A stretch of 64,000 nt of DNA from Nageia nagi (Eukaryota > Plantae > Pinophyta). The stretch is taken from positions 35,402,001-35,466,000 of the forward strand of contig JBITNC010000002.1 of assembly GCA_050084985.1 (NCBI GenBank). The letters are read 5' to 3'. Position 1 is the first letter of the stretch; every line of letters begins with the position of its first letter. Under the pieces are notes generated by a model that was not told where the DNA came from, made no database searches, and saw nothing but the letters and a program-made list of their open reading frames with translations. This document shows positions 38,001-56,226 of the stretch, piece by piece. The translations under genes were made by a program, and so were the position numbers.

Positions 38001-41000
38001 TCACAACCCAACAATTTATTTGTTCTATCTATGTACAAATACAAAGTTCTTTCATAGTAATTGCATATTACATTTACTGAAAATGGGTTGTCTCATATTG
38101 AGCATTGTTTTGGTGCTTTTGAGCAGTAATAAGTAAATTCTTGAAATTCATATAAATGCGTGCATTATTTACTTTATTTTATAATAGGGTTGATCTTGAC
38201 TAGGATTGAAGTTGAATAAAAAGTTTTGACTAAAAACATTTTTGCTCCTGCAATTTGTCCAATCGTTCATTTTAAAAATTCCATTTATCACTTACAACTT
38301 GCACACCAATGATTGTTGTAGGCTACCAATTGGAAAAACACAGGTATCATGATTTTTTTTTACTTTTCCAAACTAAACCATGTGGTGGTGGTTTAACTTA
38401 GCAAACACAAAATTTTCATTTGGTTCTAGTTTACATAGGATAAATAATTTTGTTCTGATGGAGAATCAGATTCACTCTTTATCATGGAGGACAATGGGGT
38501 TATGACTTGACAATACATCCAAAACAACTGATACTAGCAACTAACGAGTACCATAAATTTACACAAAAAAGAAATGTATTGAATGACGAAATTTGATAAA
38601 TCTTAGAAATAACTTAATAAGTGTAGAAGAACAAAGAAAAATCAATATTTATGGGTGTTGATCATTAAAGAATTATCGACTCTAAAATAACATAAGATCA
38701 AGTTTTGTGTTCTGCACTTTGAGGACTTACGAATGACTTGTCATTGGTGAGTGTTGGTAGTATATGTCTGTTTAGGCTTCTGAATTTAGAGTGAATATAT
38801 GTTGACAAATGAGGAGGAACAATGACAAGTTATAGAACTGTTTGGTGTACAAATGAAAAAGAGCCTCAATATAGATTGAATACCAGAAAACCTGATTTTC
38901 ATTGGCATCAGGAATTTTGTTGGCAAAATGATTGACATATGTTTGAGTATAGAAATCTATAAACGATTTTTAAGAAGGAACAAGGGTCAAACCCAAATTT
39001 ACAGAGCAATGATTGTATCCTTAAAAGATTTCTCACTGTATAAATCTGTCAGTGATTGTATCCTTACATGGAAATATGCCTTCAAAGATTGAGAGACATA
39101 TTATAATCTGTTGTTGATGAATATATTAGTTTTTAGGGACTTCACAATCACTCATTCATTCCATTAACTTTGACAAAACTGTTAGTGGTTACCCATTCAG
39201 ACAGGATTTGTCTGAATTAATAAGTCTTCTTTATATGTTTCTTTATTGGTTCACTTGTGAGCATAAGTCCAATCAAGAGAACAAAGCAGACATCCTTTAA
39301 GATTAAAGTTGTACTTCATTGAATTGGTATTGTTCCCTGGATTACTAAATTCCGATGATCAAGATGGAATCAACTTTCAGTTTGATATGCTTGATTGAAG
39401 TACAGGGCTCAAGGCACACCACAGATGAAATTTAGTGGCTATTTTTCTGTAATATTCTGAGCTAGTGATGATATTCAAAATGTAGTTAGTTAATTTTTAG
39501 ACCAAATGCATCTCACCACTTCCTTTAATGCCAAAAGAAAAGAATTTGTTTATGGAATGACTTCCAAAGGATTCAGCTTGGTTTCCTTGCTTGGAGGGTT
39601 CATCTTGTTGCTAGGATCTCCTTATTCCATCTCTGTTACTAGTCACAGTCCAGATATATTTTGAATATCATATATAAGATATGTTGCATTTTGAATCACA
39701 AATATAGGATATACCATATTGTAATCTTTATGTTTCTTACATGCAAAAAATTTATTCCCATTCTGCTTCAGCCGTAGCCTCAAAAAGTAGAATAATGAAA
39801 AACCAAGGTATACAACATGTGGAGAAAATGCACAAGATATCACTTACATGGTGAAATGTTTACAAACCAAAATGAACAATGAGTTCCTTTTGGAAAGATT
39901 GGTTACTGACTTCAGATAGATGAATAGCATGGAGGATCATGACCGATGATTTAATTCTTTGTTACAGGGGAAATAATGTTATTAACAAGAAAGGAAATCC
40001 AGTACATGTTTTCTGGTTTGAATTAACACGAGGACTGTGTGATGAATACCCTGCAGAGATTATTTATTCATTCAAGATAAAAATATATAAAAGATTTTTA
40101 AAAAATGTCTCTGGGATATTCAAATTACAAGTATGTAGGATATAAACATTCAAATTATTAAACTTTCTAGGAATTGTTTCTGGCTTTCAATCTATGAGAT
40201 ACAATTAACATGCAAGAAAAATCACTAGTATTTGAAGATCTTCTTTGTTGGAATATGTAGGTATAAGATACATGCCTTTCCAATAGTTATGGCTTACCTT
40301 ATATAGATTATGTATTCATGTAGATTGCCTTTAATAATTTGTGGGGAATATTGTCCAATAAGAAGACCAAATTTGTTAAAGTGAATTGTTAGAATTCCTT
40401 AATAAAAAGCTCTTTTGGTTACACCTGAATTGATGTGATTTTAGAAAATTATTTTGCATTTATTTCATGCTGAAGTTGGAGCAATCCACATGCATATCAT
40501 ACATATTTAATAATTTTTTATTATGCATTTTATTTGGTTAAGACATGCCATGGTCATGCATAATCTCTAGCTTGCTTGTTTTTTGGAGTTAATGTTGTTG
40601 TCATACTTGTCTATAGGATGGGTTTGTATGTTCGAATTGTACTTTGTAATTAATATTAACATGCATAATTGTCCAGCTAAAAATGGTATAAAATTCTAAT
40701 TTAGATTTAATTGCTACATATTAGTGGAATAAGTATCAAATATTTGTTTTGTAGCTAAAATATAGCACTGACCTCTCATGTGAGAGAAATCTATGAACAT
40801 TATCTGTATTTTAGAATTTTTCTGGTCAAAGATCTGTGCACGCTAATATGTTGGTTTTTATATTGTTTGGGTTGCAGGTAAATAAGGAGAAGATATCTTT
40901 TACCCGCTTTGCAGTGCATGAGCTTGCAGCTTTTGTTCGTAATGCAGCAGGGCATTATGAAGCAATCAATCGCAATTGCAGGAATTATTACTTATCAGAC

Positions 41001-41246
41001 GAGTCCATTGCCCTTTTTATTGATAGCATACCTAATGGCAGACAATACATTATTGGGCAGATTGTGCACATTGAAAGAAATGTTGCTAGACATCTTGGAA
41101 ATGGAAGAGAGTTGCTGGCAAATTCAGTATCCAGTTCGGGCACCTCAAGGTCTCGTTACAATCCATATGGACTTCCTATAGGTACTGAGTACTTCGTTGT
41201 GACTGTTGCTGTGGTTCCTGATACTCTTCCTAGATCACAAACTTAA
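26027..41246 (+). CDS. ATG11: Autophagy-related protein 11 (ATG11/FIP200-like), 1146 aa; exons 26027-26976, 28962-30666, 31548-31771, 31994-32186, 40878-41246
   Basis: N-terminus KLLVHVAENG; motifs HPLDD..DPA.KAL..YERQFRYHF, PHDAVSALGPMYEVHDK, YRACLAEVVRRKA.MKLYMG.AGQLAE, MEVENAWLKAELASAIA; C-terminal ATG11 domain GHYEAINRNC..YYLS, YIIGQIVHIE, NPYGLP.G.EYFVVTVA. All introns are GT-AG and the exon phases join into a 3441-nt ORF. Confidence 0.95.
27676..28731 (-). mobile_element. Solo LTR (1056 bp) in ATG11 intron 1, TSD ATGTG
   Basis: Termini are TGTAA...TTACA, with ATGTG at 27671-27675 and 28732-28736. A TATAAAAG on the minus strand near 28540 suggests the orientation. Confidence 0.88.
35700..36450 (+). 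mobile_element. Highly degenerate LINE ORF2 remnant in ATG11 intron 4
   Basis: Translation KEFLFRLLVQIVVLYGSSV*G resembles the LF..LV.P..LYG.EVWG motif that follows LINE RT domains. Boundaries are approximate. Confidence 0.5.
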
Positions 41247-43949
41247 TGATTTCCAGACTTGCTGGAAATTTATGCAGAATGCTCTTCCTCTTTTTTTCTG
41301 TACAGGTTTCTTTTAATAACATTTCTTTATTTGTCTAGATTGACTTTTATGAATGTATCAAATCTGTACATAAACATATCATTATAATTCATGATTGGTT
41401 TCATTCTTATTACTTTCTCTTGTCGATGGTTCAAGTATTTTGAGAAAAAATGTTTGTTTACTATAACATCAGTTTTATCATGGATCAGATAATGAAAGAC
41501 ATGGATATAACTTGGTTGACAATTTTTAAATTTTATGGGGTTCAACTTGTGTGTTTTGATAATAATATCTCTTTTAAACTGCAGGATAGATAAGAAATGT
41601 AGAAAAAGCTGAGGAATTGCAATAACATTAACTCATCTATTTATCAGTTCCACGTGAGAAGTACACCCATGGTTTGTTGGTTTAGCAGATCAGCAACCTT
41701 TCTTTAGCGTGATGTTATTTAGGGGTACAGGTAATATAACAGGGAATTTGAAAGAGAACATCTTTCTTTATATATGCAAGTATATTTGTTTTCATATGTG
41801 TCATGCATGAAACTATTGATGCCAGTTTTAACTTGTGTATTAGTTCTGATTAGCTGCGTGAATTATTGTTCTTAAATAAGTTTGTGATCCATGAATGACT
41901 GGCAAATGATTTCCAATGTGATAGCCATGTGTTCTAATCTGTGAGAAAGAGCAAAGCCTGACTTCTGATTGCAAGCTAAAACAATTCAAACCAGAGTATT
42001 TTATTTAGCTTATTCTGATTCTGAGTGAATTGTGGACATTTGTTTCAAGCATTTTGTCCCAATCTTTTACAAGTCAACTATTCTTAATTTTGAGATCCAA
42101 ATCTAAGTGAGGAAAGGGTAGAGATCCAAATCTTGTCCTTTGCACAGAACTTGAGTAGATAGTTTTAAATATATAGGCTGAGAAAACTACTCCACCTTCC
42201 CTTCAAAAATCAACTAGAAACTTAATTATTTTTTCTAGTAAAATGAAGAAATTTGAAATCTATCCTAGACCAGCCACTAATTTGATTACTCTACATTTGG
42301 GAGGGTTTATTTATAAAACAAAGAATTGGTAAAGTAGTAAAAACCTTGGAAGTGTTGTAGATTTGAAGTTCAAAAATAATCTGAAAACATTCTACTAGTT
42401 GGTCAAGTAACATGACCATGTTATAAAGTTTATTCCTGCTGCTATTCTAATCGGGGTTATATGGATTTAAAAGGGAAGAGAGAGGATTATAACAGGAGTT
42501 GAAAGGTAAGAGAGATGATTGTAAGGGAAGCTGAGCATTAGTTGACCAAGTTACATGACCATGTTATAAAGGTCATTCCTCTGCTATTTTAATCAGGATA
42601 TTGGAGTGTGAAGACACGCACCTTGAAGGTCCTATGTTCCATTTCCACCTCCTAAATTAATGATATTTAAGTACTCTTGATAGTTCCTACTATCCAATAG
42701 GGTTAAAGAACATTAAATGTTGACTTTACCTATATGGATTTACTATAATTTATTTAGCAGATTTGCTTGATAAGCATATTGCACAACTACTAATTTAATC
42801 AGTTCTTTATAATTTCTTTTTGAAAGCAAACTTGGCTGCTTTCACTTGATCATGTTTATTTGATCCTGGTGTCATCTCAGTGCCCAAGTCAAGTAATTTC
42901 AAGGTAGTAAAAATAAGGAGACTTTCATCCATCTTGTGTGGGTTCTAAAGCAATAATTGAAAATACAAGGAATGCATTTATTGTGGTAAAGTTGGCTCAA
43001 CAAAGGAAAACTTTGGCAGAAAGACACGTGTAAAGCAAGTAAGATTGATAATGTATAAATTGGTCTGTGTATTAGAGTTTAAGAAGGAGCTTGCAATTGA
43101 AGAGATTTCTGGTAAGATATGGAAAAGTGGTAAGGTAAACTTTTATACTCTAAAAATTGAATGCAAAAGTATTGACTATTGAGGAATGTTTTAAATTTGA
43201 GCATGTTAGGATCCAAAGAGGTTGATATTTGCTTGCAACTTTTGGAAAAACAGTGTGCATATAGGGGTAGTTTTGTTAATGGATCAACACACTGAGAAGA
43301 CAAAATAGATGGGGATTTTCGCAGTCTGATTATCAATGAACTTTGTGTTTGAGGTGGAATTAGCGCAAGTTGAATTGAATGTGAGAATAAGCTAAAGAAT
43401 GTCATAAACTTGCCCTTTCCAATCTTCATATTGGGAAAAGTTTAACAAATGTGAATAGTTTATTATTTATATTCAAGGTGAATCAGTGTAATTTCTGAAG
43501 TAGATAAATTGATTGAGTTTGGTGGTAGAAGAGAATTTGGCCTGAGAAGTTCAAAATAAAAAGGTTAGAGGGGTTTAGTATTTGTTGTATAGTTTTAGAG
43601 AATCTTCTTTTCATACAGGAGTAGACAATATAAAATGTACGAGTAGAGTACATAAAATGTACATGAGTAGACTATATAAAATGTCCATGATGAGCATTTT
43701 TAAATTGAAAGAAAAACATCAGGTCCATGAAAATAAAAGTGTTGTTCCTTGTTCAAACCCATTCATAATGTCATTGTGACGAGACATCAACTGATAATAG
43801 ACGAGAAAATGATCGTTGAAGGCAAAGTATAGATGATTGTTTGTTAAATGGTGTAAAATTTATGGGTGGAGGAAGAAAATGATAATTGATGAAGTGTGGA
43901 ATATTTTATAGTAAAGAACTCAAGAAATAACTTACTATTATCAAACAAG

Positions 43950-44720
43950 AAAGTTGTTTTAGAAACAAATTTTTTTGGACAATAACAAATTCTTGGACCT
44001 AATATTTTCTTCTTATTTGGTTAATTCAAAAGCCTTTTGAAGCATTTTAGGTGCCAACATGTTTATGATAGTACAAATATCATGGTCTAAACTGCCAACA
44101 AACTTGTGTGACTTTTTCTTTGAACTGTTTACAGTTTTGAGCATATATTTCAGTAATCTGACAAAAGCACAATGATATTCATCCCTTGTTTGGCCTCTTT
44201 GGTGGATCAAATGTTTCTAATAGAAATTTCTCATATGCATACCTCCTAAATACTTTCTCAAAATCCTCCCAATGCACATCCTTGGCTTCAACTTCCTTTT
44301 CAACAAGTAAACATTCTCACCATTCTAATGTTGAATCCCTCTGTAGGAAAATTATCTATATGGTTTTATGGTTTGTGGTGTAACTTCTAGTATCTTAACC
44401 ATGCCTCGACAATATCACCATCACTATCACCAGTAAACTCAATTGTAGGTATATTCTCAAGGTCTTTGCTAATGTCATCATTCACCGCAGGTTCTTTCTA
44501 CCTATTTATCAAGACTTTTGACTCTTCTATTTGTTTCTTAATCAATTCATCTTGTTGAGTGGACTTCTGTTATAATTTCTAGATTATGGTTGCTAAATTA
44601 GGATTAATTCCTATTTAGGCATAATCAAGATTGTCTCCTTACGTGCCAAACATACCATGTGTGTTATGGGCGTGTTCAAAATTGCTCATGTTATGCTGAA
44701 CACGTCTCTGGGGTGCCATC
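43950..44720 (-). mobile_element. Degenerate gypsy-type gag remnant
   Basis: Minus-strand fragments (F.GDSDGDIVEAWL, WEDFEKVF, Y...FVRLLKY...KFVGSLD) resemble the retrotransposon gag capsid domain. Confidence 0.55.
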
Positions 44721-45967
44721 TTCCTAAGCACAAGATAAATTAGGTTAGGTTTTTGGTCAAGTTTTCTTTTCACTGACAAGTAAAGCCTAAAACTTGTCTC
44801 TCCAACTCTAAGGATCTTCTCTTATACAATCAAAGATATAATACTACTTTAACACCCATTCCATAATAATTGAGAGGTGAGTAAAATATTTTTTCTAAAA
44901 GTCTAAACCAAGTAATTAAAAGCAATCATTTTTTAATGAGTTGGAAGCCACCTATGAACTTTGTAAATTGTAAGTCACAAATTTGATAGCATTGGTTCCA
45001 AGCTAAGTCATTCATAAGTCTAGAACTCTTCTTGACTGTTTACCATTTCTTGTTATTTAATATAACTCATTAAATAACCTCACACAAATTGCCTTTATAT
45101 GTTCTTCTAAGGTTTATTTCATGTAACTTGCTAACAACCTTTTCTCAAACATAGTGATTTCTTGATAGCATCATATACATAGTGTTATATTTTCGACCAT
45201 CATCATATCACACTAATTTAAATACTCCAAGGTCCATTCAAATCCAAATGAGGATTTCTTGATTATCTTGACATAAACTTGCTTCGATAATCCATAGCCT
45301 CGAGACGAATTATCATGCCTTAGTTGTTCTTGCTAAGTTTCAACTTAAGTTTAACTATTCCAACAAATAAAAACCCACTATGATTTATGAATAAATCATT
45401 CCCTCTTAAGAGATATTATACTAACTCTTTTCTTATATTCATTAATTCTCGTCTCAACCTCAACTAGTTGCCCAAGCTTGACACTTTTAGGTGAGGGAGT
45501 TAGGTCCTAAATATCTCATTGCATTGCATGATAAATACAATAAACATAACTTCATTTAGAAAATAACAATATTGCATATATAAATAAATTATGCATGATC
45601 ATTTAATTAAACTCATCCATTTAATATCACTTTATTAAATAAGAAAAAAGTTTACTCAAAGAAATATCTCTTAAATACATAATCCTTTGTATATACAATC
45701 ACCCACAAGATGGTGTAAACAAATCTTTTACAAGCCTATGAAGACATAACATAATATAATCTAATTTTCATAATTTTTTACAATGCAACAACGAAAGCTC
45801 AATCACCTTTAAGTTGAAAACACGATAGCTCAAGAATGGATTTGGATCAAAACAACGTTTCCTTTCCTAGAATGCATCTACATACTTTTTGAAAGGAAAT
45901 AATATTGAATATTATAATTCAAATTCTAGGGAAAACTAAAGTAAAAAATTGAACCTAGAAAAAATAT

Positions 45968-46185
45968 AGATGACAATGAAGTAGAATCTAGAACTTTGAT
46001 TATACATAGATAAGAATGAAGTAGAATGCAAAACTATGACTATACACAAGACAATAATGACATAGAATGCAAAATTATGATTTTACACAGATAAGAACAA
46101 AGTAAAATATAGAACTATGATTATACATAGACAAGAGTGAAGCAAAATGCAAAATTGTGAATATACACAGACAAGAATGAGGCAT
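45968..46185. repeat. Degenerate ~40-bp tandem repeat (~5.5 units)
   Basis: Repeated AGAYAAGAATGAAGTAGAATGCAAAACTATGATTATACAC-like unit. Confidence 0.75.
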
Positions 46186-46649
46186 AATATACTAAAATAT
46201 AATTTTCAAAGGTGAAAATGAAGTACTTACAATAATCAAAATTGCAAACTTTATACATCTTAGAGAACTTAGTACGATTTATAAATTATCTAAGAATCAT
46301 CAAAAAAGGATTTGTATATCAAAAGATACAATCTCTCAGAGTAGGCTACTCAAAATTTTTGTAAAATCTATATTGTATAATACAAGAAAACTCATTGGAT
46401 GGGAAAACGGATTTTTCACCTTGAATTTGTATTACGTACCTTGATAACTTGTTACAATGCAATACACTAGATATTAGTCTATATAATAATAAAGAAATTG
46501 AAGAATCTAAGTTGTTACATGAAAAGTAACAATCTACAACAATTACAAGATAAAATATTCCTACACTTACAAACTGAAATATCTTACAGTTATAAAATTA
46601 GGGATAAATTCATTTTTCTGACATGGAAATGCCACATGGTTAACATCAT

Positions 46650-47795
46650 GGGTGTTGCAATATATCATTTCAACCTATTTCTTTTCCAACATATCATGAA
46701 TAAAGTGATATTTCATGTCAAAATGCTTAAACCTTATATGATGGACAAGATTCTTTTCCAACTAAATGACACTCGTGTTGTCACAAAAACTGACAATGTG
46801 ATTGCTTTGTTTCTCTCCTATCTCCTCCAACACTTTCATGAGCCATAAAGTTTGAGTAGCAATTGTTATAACTGCAATATCTTAGCTATAGTAGAAGATA
46901 GAGCTGTTGATCCTTGTTTCCTCAAATTCCAAGTAATCAGTCTAGATCCAAGAGAAACATATTTTCTAGATGTGGACTTTCAGTTATCCAAAGTGTTGCC
47001 CCAATTTGAATCATTGAAGCTAGCTAATTACATCTATTTACTAGGAAGATAATGTATGCCAAATTCAATAGTTACTTTAGCATACCTCAGAATTCTCTTA
47101 ACAACCTTCAAATGTAAAGAAGATGGCTCACTCATATATCTATATACAAGTGAGATAACATGTGCAATATCTAGTATAGTATTTGTGAGAAACATCAAGC
47201 TCCCCACATTGCTCTTATAATTTATTACATTAACCTTTTTAACCCGGAATCTTTACATAACAACTCACCATGTGTAATGGGAGTATTGACTTGTTTGCAA
47301 TTGTCCATATCATACTTCTTCAACATATCCTTTGCATACTTGGTTTGATAAATAAATATTTTATCATTAATTTGGTGCATATGCATGCCAAGAAAATAGT
47401 GCATCAATCCTAAATCCCTCATTTCAAACTCACTTATCATGGAAACTTTAAACCTATCATTCAAATTGGAACTAGTATCTATATAAATAAAGTTATCAAT
47501 ATACAAATAAACAAACAAAACATTATCACCTTCTTTCTTGAAGTATATAGTAGGTTCACTTTTGCTTCTCTTGAAGCCACTCTACTGAAAGTATCCAACA
47601 ATTGTGGTGTACCAAGCTCTTGTTGCTTGATTAAGGCCATAAAAATCCTTTTTCAACTTATACTTGTGATTTTCTTCACCTTTTACCTCAAAACCTTGAG
47701 ATTGTTGTACATATACATCCTCATCTAAGTAACCATTCAAAACGCACTTTTAACATCCATGTGATGTACAGTCCAAGTCTTTTGAGCAGCCAAAG
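46650..47795 (-). mobile_element. Degenerate copia RT/RNase H, 3' part (left of the NUPT)
   Basis: Minus strand reads LAAQKTWTVHHMDVKSA, GLNQA.RAWY, YIDNFIY...EFEMRDLGLMHYFLG (ORF 47225-47518) and KHFDMKYHFI. Confidence 0.88.
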
Positions 47796-47975
47796 TATAC
47801 TTTCCGGGTATTTTCTATCTATTCCTATTCAGGAATAGTGAATTCGAAATGTGTGTATATTTACGATCGGAAAATAGATTTCTTTTTTTTATGGTATTGC
47901 GCACCGGAAAATCATTTTGTTCATGGGATCATTTCCATATGGGGAATGAAGGAAATTTTTAATCTCTAATTGACT

Positions 47976-49901
47976 ATGCCTAGATCTCAGAAAAATGACA
48001 ATTTTATCGATAAGACGTTCACAATTGTAGCGGATATATTATTGCAAATAATCCCGATGGCTTCAGGGGAAAAAGAGGCATTTACTTATTACAGAGATGG
48101 TGTGATTTGAACCATTTTCTCTTTTTTTTTATCCTTTTCCAAAAAGGGATTCAAGATATTGAGTCAAACAAAACTTACGCTTAGTGAAGGTGACTTTTAG
48201 ACATAGAACAATCCCTTCTGTCGTGTATCCCCGATTGATGCAGCCTTAGATGCTTGGATCTTCTGAGATTCTGGTATCAAACGAAAGGTTACACCTATGT
48301 GATAGACCTTAATGGTCAAACCTATTGGATAGGCACGCATAGAGGAAAAAGCACTACGTGTGGTAATCAACAACACAAACGCTTCGTTATGATACACATT
48401 ACTCCCCCTTTTTTTGTTCCAAGGGGCTAATAGAAATGGTTGGGACAACAAACACCCATCTCGTTTGTACTTCGGATACCGATATCATAGAACCATCGGA
48501 GATTGTTGAAGTGACTAATCCCCAGAAAATACGCTGCTTTAAGAACAAAGAAATTGTTAGAGATTCTATTTGTAGTGCTAAGATCTTTGGTATTAAGAAA
48601 AGAATCTTTGCAAGAAGGATGGCTAGAGATTTATCGCCAATACACTAGCCCCTATCAATTCATAATATAGGGTCTTTTCCAATTTCACGGATTACTTCCC
48701 TCAATATGTAGAAAAAGGAGGAGCCGTATGAGGTGAAAATCTCATGTACGGTTTTGAAGCGGAGATCATTTCGATTAAATGAACGACCGTCACGGATGTC
48801 AGCTCAATCCGAAGGGGAATATGCGGAAGCTTTACAAAATTATTATGAAGCTATGCGACCGGAAATTGATCCTTATGATCGAAGTTATATACTATATAAT
48901 ATAGGTCTTATCCACACGAGTAATGGGGAGCATACCAAGGCTTTGGAATATTATTTCCAGGCATTGGAACGAAACCCATCTTTACCACAAGCTCTTAATA
49001 ATACGGCCTTGATCTGTCATTACGTGCGGCTATCTGTACTATAGAATGAATTCGTTTAGAACTACTACGGAGAACGACAGAAAAAGAGGCTTTCTACATA
49101 TGCACCGTCCAAAGTAACGAGGTTTATCAGCTGTGGGAAAAAAGAACATTCCTCATAGGAGCCCAAATAGGAATGGATAAATAGAGCCTCCATATTCCAT
49201 GGATAAAAATTCAATTGATGGGGAAAGCACCATAAAGATCAATTATTGAAAGTTTGGGCTGATACGATCAAATCTGCTCATTGACAAAAATAAGGAATCA
49301 ACTTATGTAATAGAGTAGATTTACTAAGCTATTGAGCAGCGGTGTAGCATCAGATCCTAAAGATGTAAAGTACTCGCCTACCAGTTAGAGACGGAAAGTA
49401 CTCTTGAAAATTTCTATACAGAAGTGAGATAGTTACCTTTCAAAAAGACTTCTATTTGGATAATCTGAAGTAGATATCTTCGTTTATATACTTAATCTTT
49501 CTGGGGGTGGGAGAAAAGAGAAAACCTGATTATTGATTGAAAGTGAGGTTTGAAACTCATGTCATTCATCCTTTCTGGTTCTGGCCCCTTGGTTAACTCT
49601 AACCCATTGCTAACGAATCATCTACTATTTTGGAAGTTTGGGTAAAGGACTACAGAACAGAATAGTGAATTGAGCCGTATGAGGTAGGAAACTCTCAAGT
49701 ACGGTTCTATGGGAGGAAGACTTTTATAAGTTGACCTATCCCGACCGAGGAGAACAGGCCATTCGACAGGGAGATCCTGAAATTGCGGAGGCTTGGTTCA
49801 ATCAAGCTGCTGAGTATTGGAAACAAGCTATAGCGCTTGCCCCAAGCAACTACATCGAAGCACAAAATTGGTTAAAGGTTACGGGGCGCTTTGGAGAATG
49901 A
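47976..49901 (+). pseudogene. ycf3: ycf3 (PSI assembly factor), NUPT copy; exons 47976-48099, 48794-49023, 49746-49901; two group II introns
   Basis: [15 protein letters not shown]...AFTYYRDG / [20 protein letters not shown]...ICHY / [10 protein letters not shown]...[10 protein letters not shown]. Introns start GTGYG and carry domain V (GAGCCGTATGAGG...TACGGTT). Confidence 0.93.
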
Positions 49902-50420
49902 GAATCTCTGGTATGATCATACCATATAAATCGTTGGGATTATTTCGGAAGAAATCAATGGAATTATTTCATTGTAATTTCTCGAATTAGTCCCCCAACT
50001 GCATTGGCTTCTCATATCCTTGGAATATACTGACAATATAACAAGGAATACCTTTTGTGGATCGTTAATGAGAGAGATCTTTTGAATAGGGCCAAATCCA
50101 TCCGGGGATGTCTTTTATTAATGATCCATGAATAATTCATGGTTATCGTGATTCAGGGGTCAGATATATGGGTAAATACATCTGGATATGAATATAATAA
50201 TGATCATTACACCAATAAATAGGTTTTTACGTTGGGCCGAATGATAAACGTTTTTCCAAACCCATAATGGTCCATTGGGCACATATTAGATATGTCATAA
50301 TAAATTTGAACACCTGCCTCAGATCGACTTCCTATCATAGTTGCTCTAGTCATGAACTGAGAAATAAATAAAGAAAGGAACGAGTTGAGAACATATATAT
50401 ATATATATATCATTCAATAA

Positions 50421-52727
<2,307 letters not shown>

Positions 52728-52734
52728 CGGCTAG

Positions 52735-54957
<2,223 letters not shown>

Positions 54958-55121
54958 TTCTTTTTCATTAAATCGAGTAAGTATTAAGATTATGGATATA
55001 TTGAATAATTTGATATATCTATAATCTCTCTGCATAGAAACAAAGAGTAATCAACCTCATATTTCTTCATCTTAAATCTGATCTCTATTTTTTTATTCCT
55101 GTATACTAACTGGCAGAAATT

Positions 55122-55424
55122 ATGGCAAGAAAATGTCTCATTCAGAGAGAGAAAAAGAAACAAAGATTGGAACAGAAATACAGATTAATTCGTCAATCCT
55201 TGAAGAGAGAGATAAGAGAAGTTTCATCATTGGATGAAAAATTGGAAATCCATAGAAAATTACAATCTTCACCGCGTAATAGTGCACCCGCACGGCTTCA
55301 TCGTCGTTGTTCTTCGACTGGAAGACCTAGAGCCAACTATAGAGACTTTGCGTTGTCCGGATATATATTGCGCGAGAGGGCTCATGCATGTTTGTTGCCT
55401 GGGGTAACCAAATCGAGTTGGTAG
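55122..55424 (+). CDS. rps14: Plastid ribosomal protein S14 (NUPT copy)
   Basis: 100 aa, PRNSAP.RLHRRC..TGRPRA...LPGVTKSSW. Confidence 0.95.
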   Translation: MARKCLIQREKKKQRLEQKYRLIRQSLKREIREVSSLDEKLEIHRKLQSSPRNSAPARLHRRCSSTGRPRANYRDFALSGYILRERAHACLLPGVTKSSW

Positions 55425-55576
55425 GAGGAAAAAAATATTTTTAGGATTATGAAAACGTCTCTTCCCCTCTATATATATAGGGAGGGAAGAGACGTTTTCA
55501 ACGGCTGTTGGGTGTACGCGTTGCACGTATTGTATAATACACAAAATAATGGGATAAATAGGATATCCCATGATAG

Positions 55577-55650
55577 CGCGGGGTAGAGCAGTTTGGTAGC
55601 TCGCAAGGCTCATAACCTTGAAGTCACGGGTTCAAATCCCGTCTCCGCTA
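55577..55650 (+). tRNA. trnfM: Plastid tRNA-fMet(CAU) (NUPT copy)
   Basis: CGCGGGGTAGAGCAGTTTGGTAGCTCGCAAGGCTCATAACCTTG...GGTTCAAATCCCGTCTCCGC. Confidence 0.93.
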
Positions 55651-55771
55651 GAACATAAGAAGTTTTTGTTAAAAGGGCATTCTCCACGGAGAATGGTCTT
55701 TGAAAAGTAAGTCTCAAAGAGATATGATCAACCCAAGAACTATTCCTTTGTTCTATTCCATTTTTTCGATG

Positions 55772-55842
55772 GGCGGGTAGCGGGGATCGAACCCGCATCT
55801 TCTCCCTGGCAAAGAGAAATTTTACCATTAAACCATACCCGC
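55772..55842 (-). tRNA. trnG: Plastid tRNA-Gly(GCC) (NUPT copy)
   Basis: GCGGGTATGGTTTAATGGTAAAATTTCTCTTTGCCAGGGAGAAGATGCGGGTTCGATCCCCGCTACCCGCC. Confidence 0.93.
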
Positions 55843-56037
55843 ATTTGACTCGTTCTTGGTATAAATAGTAAATATATACTATTTATGCATAGGCATATTT
55901 TATGCAATAATGGGCAAATAGCCCCCCCCTTGAGCACTTTCATTTGGGTTCTTGGGACTTGTATGAAATGCCCTTTCGAACTATAATGTCTCCGGGGAGG
56001 GGAGGAGAGTTTCAACCCAAAAGATCTTAGAACATAT

Positions 56038-56226
56038 CTAAGATATAAAAGAATTAAGGATACCTACTAAAAGTACTAATCCAATCCATAATGATACACC
56101 TGAAAATAAAATATTTTTGCTACTTGACCAACCATTAGGAGAGGCAAGTGCGACAGGTACACCGATCACTAACAGAATTGAAATTGCAATTAATGCAAAC
56201 ACAGACGATTGGAAAGCAATAGTCAT
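56038..56226 (-). CDS. psbZ: Photosystem II protein Z (NUPT copy)
   Basis: 62 aa, MTIAFQ...[16 protein letters not shown]...[10 protein letters not shown]. Confidence 0.93.
   Translation of the reverse strand: MTIAFQSSVFALIAISILLVIGVPVALASPNGWSSSKNILFSGVSLWIGLVLLVGILNSFIS

Noticed and set aside
42395-42650. ~60-bp duplication and a faint tRNA/SINE-like motif downstream of ATG11
   Set aside because: The duplication is real but unremarkable, and the A/B boxes are too degenerate to call.
48197-48800. ORFs within ycf3 intron 1 as a maturase
   Set aside because: They are short with no RT or maturase motifs, and ycf3 introns do not encode maturases.
55452-55500. Strong hairpin after rps14 (AAAACGTCTCTTCCC...GGGAAGAGACGTTTT) as a MITE or miRNA
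   Set aside because: This is a typical plastid 3' stem-loop within the NUPT, as are the hairpins near 56760 and 58265.
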